Assembly (NCBI GenBank): GCA_041659005.1
Contig: JBAZZD010000002.1
Span: 25,817-89,816, forward strand
Source: Minisyncoccota bacterium
GTDB taxonomy: Bacteria; Patescibacteriota; Minisyncoccia; UBA6257; GWB1-50-10
Reading direction: 5' to 3'
Length of the DNA: 64,000 nucleotides
Below are positions 1 through 8,855 of the stretch, piece by piece. The notes under the pieces are model-generated. The model did no database searches. It was given only the letters and a program-made list of their open reading frames with translations, and was not told the origin of the DNA. The position numbers and the translations under genes are program-made. Position 1 is the stretch's first letter. Each line of letters starts with the position of its first letter.

Positions 1-435
1 AGCTCATCATTTAAAGATGGTGATATGATACCAACAAAATATACCTGTGATGGAGAAGACACCAATCCATTGCTTGAAATTCGTCATGTGCCAGATACCG
101 CAAAAAGTTTAGCGCTTATTATTGACGATCCTGATGCAACGCGTGGGGTTCCATGGGATCACTGGTTATTATGGAATATTCCGCCACGATCTCAATATAT
201 TCAAGAAGGCGTTGTTCCATCGGGGGCGATACAAGGAGTAGGAAGTAATGGAAAGGTAAAGTATATGGGTCCGTGCCCAGTAAAAGGGAAAGATCCACAC
301 CGATATGTATTTTCGTTATATGCACTTGATTGCGCATTGGAACTTACTGAGGGTTCAAAAAAAGATGAATTATTACGTGCGATGGAGGGACACGTTATCA
401 TGCGAGCAGAATTAACGGGGAAGTATGAGAGATAA
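1..435 (+). CDS. PEBP/YbhB-YbcL family protein (Raf kinase inhibitor-like), 5' partial at window edge
   Basis: Frame 1 is open from nt 1. The sequence DGDMIPTKYTCDGEDTNPLLEIRHVPD...DDPDATRGV.WDHWLLWNIP matches the bacterial PEBP pattern (compare the YbhB stretch [21 protein letters not shown]). Stop at 435. Confidence 0.7.
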   Translation, partial: SSSFKDGDMIPTKYTCDGEDTNPLLEIRHVPDTAKSLALIIDDPDATRGVPWDHWLLWNIPPRSQYIQEGVVPSGAIQGVGSNGKVKYMGPCPVKGKDPHRYVFSLYALDCALELTEGSKKDELLRAMEGHVIMRAELTGKYER

Positions 436-440
436 ACATT

Positions 441-516
441 AATTTCGAATGACGAATTTCTAATTTTGAATGAAAGGGAGAAAAAAATTTTAAATTACAA
501 ATTTTGAATTTCAAAT
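441..516. repeat. AT-rich dispersed repeat pair (AATTTCGAATGACGAATTTCTAATTTTGAAT + AAATTACAAATTTTGAATTTCAAAT)
   Basis: First motif at 441-471 matches 53833 and 58842; second at 493-516 matches the 31-mer family at 58729. Confidence 0.65.
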
Positions 517-534
517 AAAAAAGAGGGGAAAATT

Positions 535-999
535 ATGAAACAGCCGAAGAATGATTCTAAATATATTTGGACTACGCATGCGTGGGAAAAAATGCAACAG
601 TATGGAATTTCAGAACAGCGAGTAAAACGCATTGTTCGGTTTCCAAAAAGGACGGAGGAAGGAGTCCTTGATGGTGCGGTTGCGGTAATGTCTCCATGCG
701 GGAGATCCGCTGTAGGAAGACAACCATCGCATACAAGTGAGATGTGGGTGATGTATGTTCTTTTTGATGGAAATCAAAAAGGAATTTCGCCTGCCTGCGC
801 AGGCAGGAATGACGAAATTCGAAATCCTAAACAAGAAAAAGAGAAGAAGAATGAGAGGCCACTTGATAATATACAATCCTTTTTAGGAAATACAGGGAAG
901 AGATTTAAAATTATTACGGTGTGGCGTTATCCTGGAGTAAGTCCGGTGCGAGATGCAATTCCTGATGACGTTTTGTCTGAAATTAGAGCATTATTATAA
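535..999 (+). CDS. hypothetical protein, DUF4258-like N-terminus; reading frame passes through a dispersed repeat (782-826)
   Basis: N-terminal YIWTTHAWEKMQQYGISEQRVKRIV resembles the DUF4258 H..ERM..RGI motif. The ORF contains the GC palindrome plus AT-repeat halves. An intrinsic terminator follows. Confidence 0.4.
   Translation: MKQPKNDSKYIWTTHAWEKMQQYGISEQRVKRIVRFPKRTEEGVLDGAVAVMSPCGRSAVGRQPSHTSEMWVMYVLFDGNQKGISPACAGRNDEIRNPKQEKEKKNERPLDNIQSFLGNTGKRFKIITVWRYPGVSPVRDAIPDDVLSEIRALL
782..826. repeat. composite repeat inside ORF 535..999: GAATTTCG + CCTGCCTGCGCAGGCAGG + AATGACGAAATTCGAAAT
   Basis: The 18-bp perfect palindrome (790-807) sits exactly between the two halves of the AATTTCG|AATGACGAA motif seen intact at 441, 53833 and 58842. 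Confidence 0.65.
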
Positions 1000-1008
1000 A
1001 TTTAAAAA

Positions 1009-1040
1009 AGACGCGAAAGATATTTCGCGTCTCTATTTTT
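1009..1040 (+). terminator. rho-independent terminator
   Basis: Hairpin agacgcgaaa-gat-atttcgcgtct followed by ctattttt. Confidence 0.6.
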
Positions 1041-1368
1041 GAAAGAAAAGTTCCCAGAAAAAGAGATGTCGCAGCCTCCACAGGTTTGCACTATTTTTTT
1101 TCTTAATGAAATTAACAAGAATGAGCACATATTTTTGTTTTGGCAATTCCCGTTTTACTGGAATTTCCCTTTCCAACTCATTGTGACATAGTCGACATAT
1201 GTCGATTGTTTCACTATTCTCAAAAAACCTTTTTGGATATATATGGTGTTTTGATTTTACCCGCTCTCCTTTTGTTGTGTATGGTTTGTTACATGCACAG
1301 CAACGGGGAATAAATTTTCTTTTGTGGTGATCTTTTCTTTTTCCATATTTTCTTTTATGACGTCCCAA
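1033..1368 (-). CDS. HNH endonuclease family small protein
   Basis: CCACNKPY...SKHHIYPKRFFENSETIDICRLCHNELE gives the CxxC...HH..P...N...LCxxCH HNH motif; basic N-terminus. Confidence 0.5.
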   Translation of the reverse strand: MGRHKRKYGKRKDHHKRKFIPRCCACNKPYTTKGERVKSKHHIYPKRFFENSETIDICRLCHNELEREIPVKRELPKQKYVLILVNFIKKKNSANLWRLRHLFFWELFFQK

Positions 1369-1641
1369 TTCTCCTCCGCAATTTTATATATGGGAAAAGG
1401 AAGAACCAGAAAAGTGTCATTTGTGTCATTTTCTTTTTAATGACGCAACTTTTTGGATGGCTGCTTATTATCAGCCTTTTGTGATACCATCGCTCGGAAA
1501 TCATAGCTCCTATCACAAGATAAAAGAACAATACTACTGGCACAATCAAAAAAAGTAATTCCATAGCAACTCCTTTTATTTTTTCGTTTTTTTCTTTATT
1601 ATTTAAATGTTAATTGTACGTTCGTACGATACTATAAATTT

Positions 1642-2637
1642 ATGAAATTGTCCATAGGAATTGTTGGTATGCCAAATGTTGGAAAATCGACACTATTTAC
1701 CATTCTTACAAAACAAAATGTGACTGTTGCGAATTATCCTTTTGCGACCATTGATCCAAATGTTGGAGTTGTCCCTGTTCCTGATGAACGTCTTGATTTA
1801 CTTACCACTTTATCAAAGTCAAAGAAAACAATTCCTGCAGTGGTTGAATTTTATGATATCGCAGGGCTTGTGAAGGATGCACACAAGGGAGAGGGATTAG
1901 GGAACCAGTTTTTAGCGAACATTCGAGAATGTAAGGCAATTATACAGGTGCTCCGTTGCTTTAAAGATTCCGATATCATTCACGTTGAACAAACCACTGA
2001 TCCGGTTCGTGATTTAGATATTATTATAACGGAACTTATTTTTAAGGATCTTGATACAGTTATGAAGCGACTCAATAAGTGTGAAAAAGAAACGCGTGCA
2101 GGAGACAAGCAGGCATTACAAGATATAGAGGTATTACGAGCGGTAAAGAAAACACTTGAGAGTGGTGGACTCACAAAAGCATTTGCACATGAATTAATCA
2201 TGAAAGATCTTTCACTTCTTACCGCAAAAGAGCAGATGTTTCTTCTTAATGGTGACGAAGAAGATGTCCCATTGGAATTGAAAGAAAAAATAACCGAGTT
2301 GGGCGGACAATATATAATAATGAATCTTGGATTTATTGAAGATGTGTCTCCAATTATCGTGAAAGCATATGAAGTTTTAAATCTCATCAGTTTTCTCACT
2401 ACGGGGGAGGATGAAACTCGTGCGTGGACGATTGAGCGTGGTGCGAAAGCACCTGAGGCAGCAGGAACAATTCATACTGACTTTGAACATAAATTTATTC
2501 GGGCCGAGGTAGTGAATTATTCAAAACTCGTGGAAGCAGGAGGATGGAGTCAGGCAAAACAAAAAGGATGGCTCCGCTTAGAAGGGAAGGAATATGTTGT
2601 TCAAGATGGGGATGTGATGGAGATTAGACATGGATAA
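1642..2637 (+). CDS. ychF: ribosome-binding ATPase YchF (Obg-like)
   Basis: MKLSIGIVGMPNVGKSTLF...NYPFATIDPNVG, then a TGS-like C-terminus GDVMEIRHG. Confidence 0.9.
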   Translation: MKLSIGIVGMPNVGKSTLFTILTKQNVTVANYPFATIDPNVGVVPVPDERLDLLTTLSKSKKTIPAVVEFYDIAGLVKDAHKGEGLGNQFLANIRECKAIIQVLRCFKDSDIIHVEQTTDPVRDLDIIITELIFKDLDTVMKRLNKCEKETRAGDKQALQDIEVLRAVKKTLESGGLTKAFAHELIMKDLSLLTAKEQMFLLNGDEEDVPLELKEKITELGGQYIIMNLGFIEDVSPIIVKAYEVLNLISFLTTGEDETRAWTIERGAKAPEAAGTIHTDFEHKFIRAEVVNYSKLVEAGGWSQAKQKGWLRLEGKEYVVQDGDVMEIRHG

Positions 2638-2736
2638 ATTACCTGCGACAAACAACCAAAAACCTATAACTGAAGAGAAAAGAATGGAGAGGAGCAATAC
2701 TGTCTACTTCTTATTTTCTGTTTTATAATATAGTTA

Positions 2737-3495
2737 ATGTATGAATTAAAGTTGGATCAGTATCAAGGACCACTTGATAAGTTATTAGAACTTATTGAAT
2801 CAAAAAAGATGGAAATTGGCACTATAGCGCTTGCGAGTGTTACTGCAGATTTTTTGCATTACCTTGAAGGATTTAAAATTGATTTAGGAATTGATGAAGA
2901 TTCATTGAGTGAGCACGCACAATATGATGCTCCGCTCGAATTACTTGCGGATTTTCTTGTTGTTGCGTCTCGATTATTGCTTATTAAATCAAAAACACTT
3001 CTTCCTTCGCTTGAACTAACTCCTGATGAACAAGCAGAAATACAAGACTTAGAAGTTCGATTGAAATTGTATCAAGAATTTAAACGAACTCAAGAACACG
3101 TTCGTGCGTGTTGGAGCGATATGCCAAAAATGTATACTCGCGAATTTATGCTTTCTGCTCAAGTATTATTTTATCCGCCATCGAGTATTGGACCCAATGA
3201 ATTGTTAGGCGCAATACTCAAAATTTCTGGAGCGCTTGAATCTGCGATGACTCCAAAAGTCAGAGTAAAAAATCAAATTTTAAATCTTCGCACAAAGATT
3301 GAAGAAGTTATCGCGAAACTTACAAATATTCCTCAGAATTTGCGGGCGCTCCACGGGGAGGGGAATAGGACTGAACTTGTTGTGTTGTTTTTAGCGATAC
3401 TTCACCTTATTAAGCAACAAATCGTGAAAGTGGAACAAGTAGATCATTTTAGCGAAATCATGATTGCGAAGATGGATGCGTTAAAGGTAGAATAA
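2737..3495 (+). CDS. scpA: segregation and condensation protein A
   Basis: LDQYQGPLDKLLELIESKKMEIGTIALASVTADFLHYL matches the ScpA N-terminal pattern; lies immediately upstream of scpB. Confidence 0.8.
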   Translation: MYELKLDQYQGPLDKLLELIESKKMEIGTIALASVTADFLHYLEGFKIDLGIDEDSLSEHAQYDAPLELLADFLVVASRLLLIKSKTLLPSLELTPDEQAEIQDLEVRLKLYQEFKRTQEHVRACWSDMPKMYTREFMLSAQVLFYPPSSIGPNELLGAILKISGALESAMTPKVRVKNQILNLRTKIEEVIAKLTNIPQNLRALHGEGNRTELVVLFLAILHLIKQQIVKVEQVDHFSEIMIAKMDALKVE

Positions 3496-3498
3496 ATA

Positions 3499-4116
3499 GT
3501 GAGATATATGGAAAATATTGCAAAACTTGAAGCATTGCTGTTCTTTTATGGTGAGCCAGTTGATATGTCAGTGATTGCTCGAATTCTTGGAATTACATTG
3601 GAAGAATGTGAGAAAGAAGTTTCACATTATGAACAAATATTGAGTTCATCAAACGGACGAGGGCTTTTGATTTTACGAAAGGGAAATTCAATTCAGCTCG
3701 CAACTAAGCCAGAACTTAAAGAGATTGGTGAGGCAATTGTAAAAGATGAATTTCGTGAATCACTTACTCCGGCGGCACTTGAAACACTTGCGCTTGTTGC
3801 ATATCTTAGTCCAGTAACTCGAGCGACCATTGATTATATACGTGGAGTAAATTCTAGTTATTCAATGAGGAATCTCTCGCTTCGTGGGCTTGTCGAACGT
3901 GGAGAGGAAAAGGGCGCGTCATTTCGTTATTCTCCCACACAAGAGTTTTTAAAACATATTGGTGTACAGCACGTAAAAATGTTACCAGAATATGAGCGAT
4001 ATCATTCGTTACTTCAAACATTCGCTCGAACAATGGAGGAAGTTTCGGTTTCTGAACATGAAGAGAAAAATCCAGAAACGCCATTTGATGAAGTACCGAA
4101 AGAAAAAGCTGAATAA
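3499..4116 (+). CDS. scpB: segregation and condensation protein B
   Basis: LEALLFFYGEPVDMSVIARILGI...RGLLILRKGNSIQLATKPEL matches the ScpB winged-helix pattern. Confidence 0.8.
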   Translation: MRYMENIAKLEALLFFYGEPVDMSVIARILGITLEECEKEVSHYEQILSSSNGRGLLILRKGNSIQLATKPELKEIGEAIVKDEFRESLTPAALETLALVAYLSPVTRATIDYIRGVNSSYSMRNLSLRGLVERGEEKGASFRYSPTQEFLKHIGVQHVKMLPEYERYHSLLQTFARTMEEVSVSEHEEKNPETPFDEVPKEKAE

Positions 4117-4121
4117 TACAC

Positions 4122-5045
4122 ATGAAATCGCATGTTCAATTTTTTCTACTCATCTGTCTCCTTATTGTTTCAGTTGTAATCTCTAACCTTCTTTTTAAAA
4201 AAGATGAACCTATAAGGAATGGTGTTGAGCAAGAGAACAAGGTGATTGTTGAAAAAATCAAACAAAAAAAATATCCAACACGAGATTGGAAAGTTTCTGA
4301 TCCAATAATTGATGCAGAAAGTGCAATGATATATTCACTTGATTCAAACTTTTCATATCTAAATTATCAAACATACAAACAATGGCCAATTGCGTCAATC
4401 ACAAAGTTACTGACAACGGTAGTGTTTATTGAAGACATAGGAATTCGTAAAAAAGTTCCAATGACAAAAACAGCACTTGAGACAGAAGGTTTATCGGGTG
4501 AATTTAAAAGTGGTGAGGTATATTCCGGACAGGACTTTATAACGATAATGTTGCTTGCGTCATCAAATGATGCAGCCACCGCGATCGAAGAGGTTGCTGG
4601 TGGGCGTGAAAAATTTGTTTTGTTATTAAATGCAAAAGCAAAAGCAATTGGAATGAATGATACCTATTTTGAAGATGCGTCAGGACTTTCTCCAAAAAAT
4701 GTTTCCACGTCAAATGATCTTATAAAACTTGCGCGATATATTGCGGAAAAACATCCAGAAATTTTGAGTTGGACGCGATTGCAAAGTTTCTTTGCTCAGT
4801 CAACAAACAGCTCAGAAAGCAGAGTCATTTATAATGTAAACCCGTTTGTAAAGGACTTTCCGTTTTTGGGGGGAAAGACGGGAACCTCACCCGAGGCGCG
4901 AGAAAATGTACTTGGGTTCTTCACTTTTCGAGGTGAACGTGTTGTCTGTATAATCTTAGGAAGTTATGATAGGGTAAACACGAAGGAAAAGATATTTAAT
5001 TGGGTACAGTCGGCGTATCCACAAGAAATTAAGACAATACATTAA
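4122..5045 (+). CDS. D-alanyl-D-alanine carboxypeptidase (S11 family, PBP5-like)
   Basis: Signal/TM N-terminus; SITK (SxxK), SSND (SxN) and GGKTGTS (KTG) motifs. Confidence 0.8.
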   Translation: MKSHVQFFLLICLLIVSVVISNLLFKKDEPIRNGVEQENKVIVEKIKQKKYPTRDWKVSDPIIDAESAMIYSLDSNFSYLNYQTYKQWPIASITKLLTTVVFIEDIGIRKKVPMTKTALETEGLSGEFKSGEVYSGQDFITIMLLASSNDAATAIEEVAGGREKFVLLLNAKAKAIGMNDTYFEDASGLSPKNVSTSNDLIKLARYIAEKHPEILSWTRLQSFFAQSTNSSESRVIYNVNPFVKDFPFLGGKTGTSPEARENVLGFFTFRGERVVCIILGSYDRVNTKEKIFNWVQSAYPQEIKTIH

Positions 5046-5051
5046 TCATAT

Positions 5052-6098
5052 ATGGTAGCGTTTGAAGCAATTAGAGTTCTTATGTTGTTTGCCCTCTCAT
5101 TTGTGGTTGCTCTTATTATTACTCCGATTGTATTGCGACTTCTTTTAAAGTTTGGGATAAAGAAGAAAAACATCCGTGATGCGGCTACCGCACCCATATT
5201 TCATCAATTTCATAAAAATAAAGGAGAAACGCCAACGATGGGCGGAGTCATCATTTGGGGGACGGTCGTAATTCTTGCATTATTATTTTTTATTTTTGGG
5301 AAATTATTTGGTGGATTTGCAAATTATTTTAATTTTGTAAGTAGATCAGAAACGTATCTCCCGCTTGGGTATCTTTTATTTGCTGCGATCGTTGGTTTAG
5401 TTGATGATTTTTTGGGTGTACTTCGTATTGGGCCAAAGGGAGGGGGGCTTAGCATGCGATACAAGATTATCATGTACACCGTTGTCTCTGCGGTTGGCGC
5501 ATGGTGGTTTTATTTTCGGTTGGGCTGGAACACACTCTATATTCCGTTTATCGGAGATATAACTATTGGATGGTGGTATTTCCCTTTATTTATGTTTGTA
5601 ATTGTTGCTTCTGCATTTTCAACGAACGAGACCGATGGTCTTGATGGACTTGCAGGAGGAACGCTTTTCTTTATCTTTGGAGCGTTTGCAGTTATTGCTT
5701 TTACAATCAAACATTTCGATCTTGCCGCAATGAACGCGGTGATTCTTGGTGCTCTTCTGGCTTTCTTATGGTTTAACATCTATCCTGCGCGTTTTTTTAT
5801 GGGGGATACCGGTTCAATGTCGCTAGGAATTACCGTTGGAGCAATGGCAATGTTAACCAACACGGTATTCTTTTTACCATTTTTTGGATCAATTCTTGTA
5901 TTTGAATCAGTGACAGTAATTATTCAAATGATTAGCAAAAAAGTGAGAAAAAAGAAAATCTTTCTTTCTACGCCGATTCATCATCACTTTGAGGCTCTCG
6001 GATGGCCAGAAACTCAAATTACAATGCGTTTTTGGTTTATAACGGCAGTAACTACCACAATCGGTCTTACACTATTCTTTATCGCTCGGTTTATATAA
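5052..6098 (+). CDS. mraY: phospho-N-acetylmuramoyl-pentapeptide transferase
   Basis: Multi-TM protein with NETDGLDGLAGG and FMGDTGSMSLG motifs. Confidence 0.9.
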   Translation: MVAFEAIRVLMLFALSFVVALIITPIVLRLLLKFGIKKKNIRDAATAPIFHQFHKNKGETPTMGGVIIWGTVVILALLFFIFGKLFGGFANYFNFVSRSETYLPLGYLLFAAIVGLVDDFLGVLRIGPKGGGLSMRYKIIMYTVVSAVGAWWFYFRLGWNTLYIPFIGDITIGWWYFPLFMFVIVASAFSTNETDGLDGLAGGTLFFIFGAFAVIAFTIKHFDLAAMNAVILGALLAFLWFNIYPARFFMGDTGSMSLGITVGAMAMLTNTVFFLPFFGSILVFESVTVIIQMISKKVRKKKIFLSTPIHHHFEALGWPETQITMRFWFITAVTTTIGLTLFFIARFI

Positions 6099-6118
6099 TC
6101 AATAATTTAATTACATAT

Positions 6119-7075
6119 ATGGATCGCTTTTTTCACCATTATTTTTTAAGAAAGAACAAAAGAGAAGAAATTCTTGAAAATAAGGAAATCTTGAAATGTG
6201 ATCAGGCCATATTGAATGTAGACCAGATTTTAAAAGATGAACAAATTGAATTTATTGCAGAAGAGTCTCTAAGTAAAAAAATTACGCAAAAGGTTTTTGA
6301 GACCTTGCCGCAAAAAATAAAAACTGCTTGCAAAAAAACTGCAGACGAAAACCTTATTGAGAGAAAAGAAGTGGAAGAGAGAAGAAATATAAAAGTAGGA
6401 TCAAATTCGCCAGAATTTATAAAGCTAAAAGATGATGGTTCAGTTGTTTTTAAATCAAAAGAAGGAGAGTTAGACAATTTGCGCACAGCAGTTAAAAAGG
6501 GAACTTATTATCGTCGCGAACGGGCGAGTTATATTGTGGATCGATTTTTTGAATTTGATATGGTGCCAACAACTACAATAAAAGAGATTAAGGATGAGAT
6601 TGGATCGGCTCAACGATTTATTGAAGACGCAAGGGAGTTTTGTGAAATTGATTATGAAAGCAAACAAAAGTACAAATCAGAAATAGCAAAACTTTTTATT
6701 TTTGATTATATTATTTGGAATTCGGATCGTCATTCGAGTAATTTTCTTGTGAAGGAAGATAAGTTGTACGCAATTGATAATGGGCTTTCGTTTGGAAATG
6801 ATAGATTTAAACCGTTTATGATTGATAGTCCCATCGATTTCAATTTTAAGGAAGATTTTATTTTAAAAATAAATGAAATTGCAAAAAATGATAAAATATT
6901 GGATATTATGCGACTCTCTCTTGAGGAACATCTTCCCGAAGAAGAGATAAATGCGTGTATTTGGAGAATAAAAAATATTGCAAAGATTTTAAACGACAAA
7001 AGAATTTTAAGTAAAAAAATTGAGGACCGGAGTAAAATTTCAGGAATGTTTATTTATAATTATGAGAAAAATTAA
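6119..7075 (+). CDS. phosphatidylinositol 3-/4-kinase family protein, PI4K type II-like
   Basis: Track ORF 6002..7075 overlaps mraY; the in-frame ATG at 6119 (MDRFF) is the likely start. GSNSPEFIKLKDDGSVVFKSKEGE (Gly-rich loop plus Lys), ERASYIVDRFFEFDMVPTT, DYIIWNSDRHSSNFLV (DRHxxN catalytic loop) and AIDNGLSFG (IDNGL activation motif) are co-linear with PI4KII-alpha. Confidence 0.75.
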   Translation: MDRFFHHYFLRKNKREEILENKEILKCDQAILNVDQILKDEQIEFIAEESLSKKITQKVFETLPQKIKTACKKTADENLIERKEVEERRNIKVGSNSPEFIKLKDDGSVVFKSKEGELDNLRTAVKKGTYYRRERASYIVDRFFEFDMVPTTTIKEIKDEIGSAQRFIEDAREFCEIDYESKQKYKSEIAKLFIFDYIIWNSDRHSSNFLVKEDKLYAIDNGLSFGNDRFKPFMIDSPIDFNFKEDFILKINEIAKNDKILDIMRLSLEEHLPEEEINACIWRIKNIAKILNDKRILSKKIEDRSKISGMFIYNYEKN

Positions 7076-7322
7076 TATTAAAAAACTTCAAAACAATGGT
7101 TCAACGTCAATTATAGGAACTTTTTCTCTTGATCATAATGGTGTCGTTTCTTATGTTGGAAATGAAACGTTTTGGGAAAATGTTCAGCTGGAGGGGGTCT
7201 ACACTGTAAAAAATGGGGAAGCACGAACATTTTTTCCTAAAGACGGCTCCGCGTTTTTTGATAATTTAAAGTATCACTTTAAGTCCGCTTATTTATTTGC
7301 AGAGGAAGAACAAGAAAAATAA
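7062..7322 (+). CDS. hypothetical small protein
   Basis: In-frame ATG (MRKINIKK) within track ORF 7020..7322, overlapping the previous gene's end by 14 nt. Confidence 0.4.
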   Translation: MRKINIKKLQNNGSTSIIGTFSLDHNGVVSYVGNETFWENVQLEGVYTVKNGEARTFFPKDGSAFFDNLKYHFKSAYLFAEEEQEK

Positions 7323-7349
7323 TTTTGTTTTTACTATAATGAATGTACT

Positions 7350-8855
7350 ATGGCTGTTCTCATAAAAAATGGCTTGGTATATGACGGATTAGGAAATGTC
7401 CCAGAACAGAAGGACATTCTTATTCGTGGACAGATCATTTCAAAAATTGGGACACTGTCTCGAACACGTGGAGATGAGGTAATTGATGCGAATGGGATGG
7501 TTATAACTCCCGGATGTATTGATGTGACATCGCACTCTGATCATCATTATTCTCTTTTTTATGAGCCCAACCAAGAAGATTTTCTTTCGCAGGGAATAAC
7601 TTCAATCATTGGTGGAAATTGCGGAGTTTCTCTTGCTCCATTGTTTGGGGTCCTTCCTGATATCGCTGCGGAGTGGGGAAGCAATGCTGGGATAAATGCA
7701 AGTTGGAATACAATGCGAGATTTTCTTTTATATTTTGAAAAAAAACCACTGGGAGTGAATTTTGGAACACTGGTGGGGTACACCGGACTTCGAAAGGGGA
7801 TTACAAAGAATGTATTTAGAGATCTGACTGATGGAGAATTAAATTCAATATCACGAATGATTGAAATTTCAATTCGTGAGGGAGCACTTGGTGTCTCATT
7901 TGGATTGGAACATATCCATGGGGTTCGAACTCCTTTCTATGAAGTTGAACATATTGCAAAGATGGTCGCACATTGTGGTGGAGTCTGTGCTATTCACATG
8001 CGTGACATGAAAGAAAAAATTCTTGAGTCAGTTCAAGAATGTGTTGAAATTTCTGAGCACTCGGGAGGTAATATACATATTAGTCATATGCAGCCAATAA
8101 AAAAATATGGCAAACAATATGCTGATGCGCTTGCGTTTATTTCGGCGCACGCAAATGCTGCTCATGTGCACTTTGATGTAAATACATTTGAAACAATTCC
8201 GTTACTTTTGTATGAATTACTTCCCGAATGGGCACAGGATGAGTCATTTGAACGAATGTGCGAAGGTATTCAATCAAGTGTATTTTCGTCTCGGATTATC
8301 GAATTTATTAAAAATAATGTCGCGCGAGATTATATAATTAGTCATGTTCCTGATAAAGCGTTGAAATTTCTTGAAGGAAAGTCAATTCGAGAACTTGCCC
8401 TCCGTGAAAACAAATCATATGAATCGATGATTCTCCAATTGATGATTGTAACAAGATTTAGGGCTACTGTGAGCGCTAAAATAGTTGATATGCCGTCAGT
8501 ACAAAATGCAATATATAACTCACAATCAATAATTTCCTCAAATGGTGCTGCGTTTGGCAAAAAGGAGTTTAAGCAGCATCAAGGGACAAATACAATTCCA
8601 GATTTCTTCTCCTTAATACGACAAAACAAGACTATTCCTTTTGAGAAAGCAGTTGAAAAAGTGACGGCTATACCAGCAAAAAAATTTGGAGTTAAAAAAA
8701 GAGGAGGTATTATTGAGGGAAATTATGCGGATATTGTTGTTTGGTCGGACGATAGACCAATGCACGTTTTTATAAATGGATCACAATCATGGAATTTTGA
8801 AAATGGATTTTGCGGAGTGCGTAATGGAATGGTAATTACCTCAACAGTTTCATGA
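7350..8855 (+). CDS. amidohydrolase family protein (N-acyl-D-amino-acid deacylase / D-aminoacylase-like)
   Basis: LIKNGLVYDG...ILIRGQIISKIG...VIDANGMVITPGCIDVTSHSDHHY fits the D-aminoacylase N-terminal metal-binding pattern. Confidence 0.7.
   Translation: MAVLIKNGLVYDGLGNVPEQKDILIRGQIISKIGTLSRTRGDEVIDANGMVITPGCIDVTSHSDHHYSLFYEPNQEDFLSQGITSIIGGNCGVSLAPLFGVLPDIAAEWGSNAGINASWNTMRDFLLYFEKKPLGVNFGTLVGYTGLRKGITKNVFRDLTDGELNSISRMIEISIREGALGVSFGLEHIHGVRTPFYEVEHIAKMVAHCGGVCAIHMRDMKEKILESVQECVEISEHSGGNIHISHMQPIKKYGKQYADALAFISAHANAAHVHFDVNTFETIPLLLYELLPEWAQDESFERMCEGIQSSVFSSRIIEFIKNNVARDYIISHVPDKALKFLEGKSIRELALRENKSYESMILQLMIVTRFRATVSAKIVDMPSVQNAIYNSQSIISSNGAAFGKKEFKQHQGTNTIPDFFSLIRQNKTIPFEKAVEKVTAIPAKKFGVKKRGGIIEGNYADIVVWSDDRPMHVFINGSQSWNFENGFCGVRNGMVITSTVS

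Noticed and set aside
6002-6118. Upstream extension of the kinase ORF overlapping mraY
   Set aside because: Overlaps the mraY C-terminus by 97 nt in another frame with low-complexity N/Y-rich translation; the ATG at 6119 gives a clean start.
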